Below the pieces are notes generated by a model. It was given only the letters and a program-made list of their open reading frames with translations, was not told where the DNA came from and did no database searches. Shown in pieces: positions 23,694-24,753 of a stretch of DNA of 24,753 nucleotides (the first letter of the stretch is position 1; the number at the start of each line of letters is the position of its first letter). The position numbers and the translations under genes are program-made. Location of the stretch: positions 1-24,753 of the IMG/VR virus record IMGVR_UViG_3300032318_000382, one strand, 5' to 3'. The DNA comes from a virus. Taxonomy: Duplodnaviria > Caudoviricetes.

Positions 23694-24100
23694 ACAAGAA
23701 ACACAAAGACAATCTGCTCAAGCTGGCCGACCATCTGGCCGCACTGCCAGCCGACTACAAAGAGTTCGATATGCGCGACTACAACGCAGTAGAGGCCGAC
23801 ACGCACTCGGGCTTTAGCAGTCTCGGCCCTTACAACCGTCAATATGGCTGTGGCACTATCGCTTGCGCCCTCGGGCACGGCCCTGCCGCTGGCGTCCGCA
23901 TATACCGGGACTTAGGCTGGGAAGAATATTGCGAACGTGCCTTCGGCGTCGATTGCGGAGGCTACTACAGCGACGCCTTCGAGTATATGTTCGGTGCCAA
24001 CTGGCAGAATTTCGACAACACACCGCACGGCGCAGCCGCACGCATCCGCACCTATGTAGAGCTTGGCGGCAAAACGCCAGAAGACTGGGACTTTGAATAG
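23690..24100 (+). CDS. Hypothetical protein with CGTxACxxG motif
   Basis: Start moved to ATG 23690 (coupled to upstream stop); FDM...CGTIACALGHG. Confidence 0.85.
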   Translation: MNKKHKDNLLKLADHLAALPADYKEFDMRDYNAVEADTHSGFSSLGPYNRQYGCGTIACALGHGPAAGVRIYRDLGWEEYCERAFGVDCGGYYSDAFEYMFGANWQNFDNTPHGAAARIRTYVELGGKTPEDWDFE

Positions 24101-24111
24101 GAGACCGACCA

Positions 24112-24300
24112 ATGCGCATACCAACCGACGACAAGATTATGTCTATCCCGCTTGCACGTTGCGGCGAGTTCGACCTGACACCACCCGAGATGCAGCGCAC
24201 CCGTCGCCTCATCTACTCGCTCAACAAAAGCCATGTTCACGGCTGGCGCTGGCGCACCATGCGCGAGGGAGACCTGCTACTCGTGTGGAGGATTAAATAA
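24112..24300 (+). CDS. Small basic protein, possibly DNA-binding
   Basis: TAGGAG RBS; Arg/Trp-rich, ends LLVWRIK. Confidence 0.8.
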   Translation: MRIPTDDKIMSIPLARCGEFDLTPPEMQRTRRLIYSLNKSHVHGWRWRTMREGDLLLVWRIK

Positions 24301-24362
24301 GCATTGCAACGCACGATTGCATGTGCAATTAAAGCGTATCAGCACCAAAGGAGCAACACGAC
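24295..24362 (+). promoter_or_regulatory. Degenerate promoter/operator element, copy 4
   Basis: AAATAAG-CAT-TGCAAC-N5-ATTGCA (inverted repeat 24305-24321), GTGCA, ATCAGCA, AGGAGCAACACGAC RBS. Confidence 0.65.
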
Positions 24363-24593
24363 ATGAGTAAACCCGACAGCCCATCTGCCTTCCCGCACTT
24401 AGTGCCGCACAATCCAGATTTTGCGTATAGCGCAACTGGCATGACCCTGCGCGACTATTTCGCCGCAAAGATAATTAACGGCTATATATCCGACCCAACA
24501 TCGACGAACAGGCCGTTCGCTGAAGTTGCCGAATGGGCTTATAAATTTGCCGATGCCATGATTGAAGCACGCACAACAACACAGGAGGATTAA
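24363..24593 (+). CDS. Hypothetical protein with GMTLRDYFAAK motif
   Basis: AFP...GMTLRDYFAAK...AYKFADAM is a common phage small-protein motif. Confidence 0.88.
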   Translation: MSKPDSPSAFPHLVPHNPDFAYSATGMTLRDYFAAKIINGYISDPTSTNRPFAEVAEWAYKFADAMIEARTTTQED

Positions 24594-24753
24594 ATGGAAC
24601 CGTATAAAATCGTCATCGCGGCACTGATTATCGTGGAACTGCTCACCCTGTTCGCGCTGTGGGAAGCCGTCAAGCGCGGCAACTTTTGGTTCGACGAGTG
24701 GGCGCACAAAAGCGAACAGAACCTGCGCAACAGCCTAGAGCTGCGGTATTGGA
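24594..24753 (+). CDS. Hypothetical membrane-anchored protein (3' truncated; not in ORF track)
   Basis: AGGAGG RBS; MEPYKIVIAALIIVELLTLFALWEAVKRG..., open to the window edge. Confidence 0.75.
   Translation, partial: MEPYKIVIAALIIVELLTLFALWEAVKRGNFWFDEWAHKSEQNLRNSLELRYW

Noticed and set aside
1-24753. Stop-codon reassignment, tRNA genes, integrase or att sites, introns or inteins
   Set aside because: TAA, TAG and TGA all end genes at tight gene junctions, terL and MCP are uninterrupted and of ordinary length, and I found no cloverleaf or recombinase by eye. tRNAscan was not run.

Overview
A 24.7-kb piece of a tailed dsDNA phage (Caudoviricetes), probably podovirus-like because no tape-measure or sheath gene is seen in this window. 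Bases 1-19951 are one tightly coupled minus-strand morphogenesis region. In transcription order it encodes terS, terL, portal, two small ORFs, a GroES co-chaperonin, a scaffold-like protein, capsid-associated proteins, the major capsid protein, virion proteins, three basic proteins, a head-tail adaptor-like protein and two Cys-containing paralogs. These are followed by a 1694-aa tail fibre with an S74 chaperone, small fibre-associated ORFs, a Dps/ferritin-like protein, a holin-like protein and a secreted Asn/Thr-rich protein that is truncated and missing from the ORF track. Bases 19952-20418 are a divergent non-coding region dense in TGCAAC/GTTGCA repeats and hairpins. Bases 20419-24753 are a plus-strand array of about 16 small early-type genes, punctuated by four copies of a promoter/operator element and by repeated RBS junctions. 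Three things stand out: (1) the distal tail fibre is an in-frame array of dissimilar modules joined by near-identical DNA repeats, (2) one TGCAAC-based motif family links the intergenic repeats, the repeated promoters and the RBS junctions, and (3) the secreted low-complexity N/T protein. All family assignments come from motif recognition by eye; no database searches were run.
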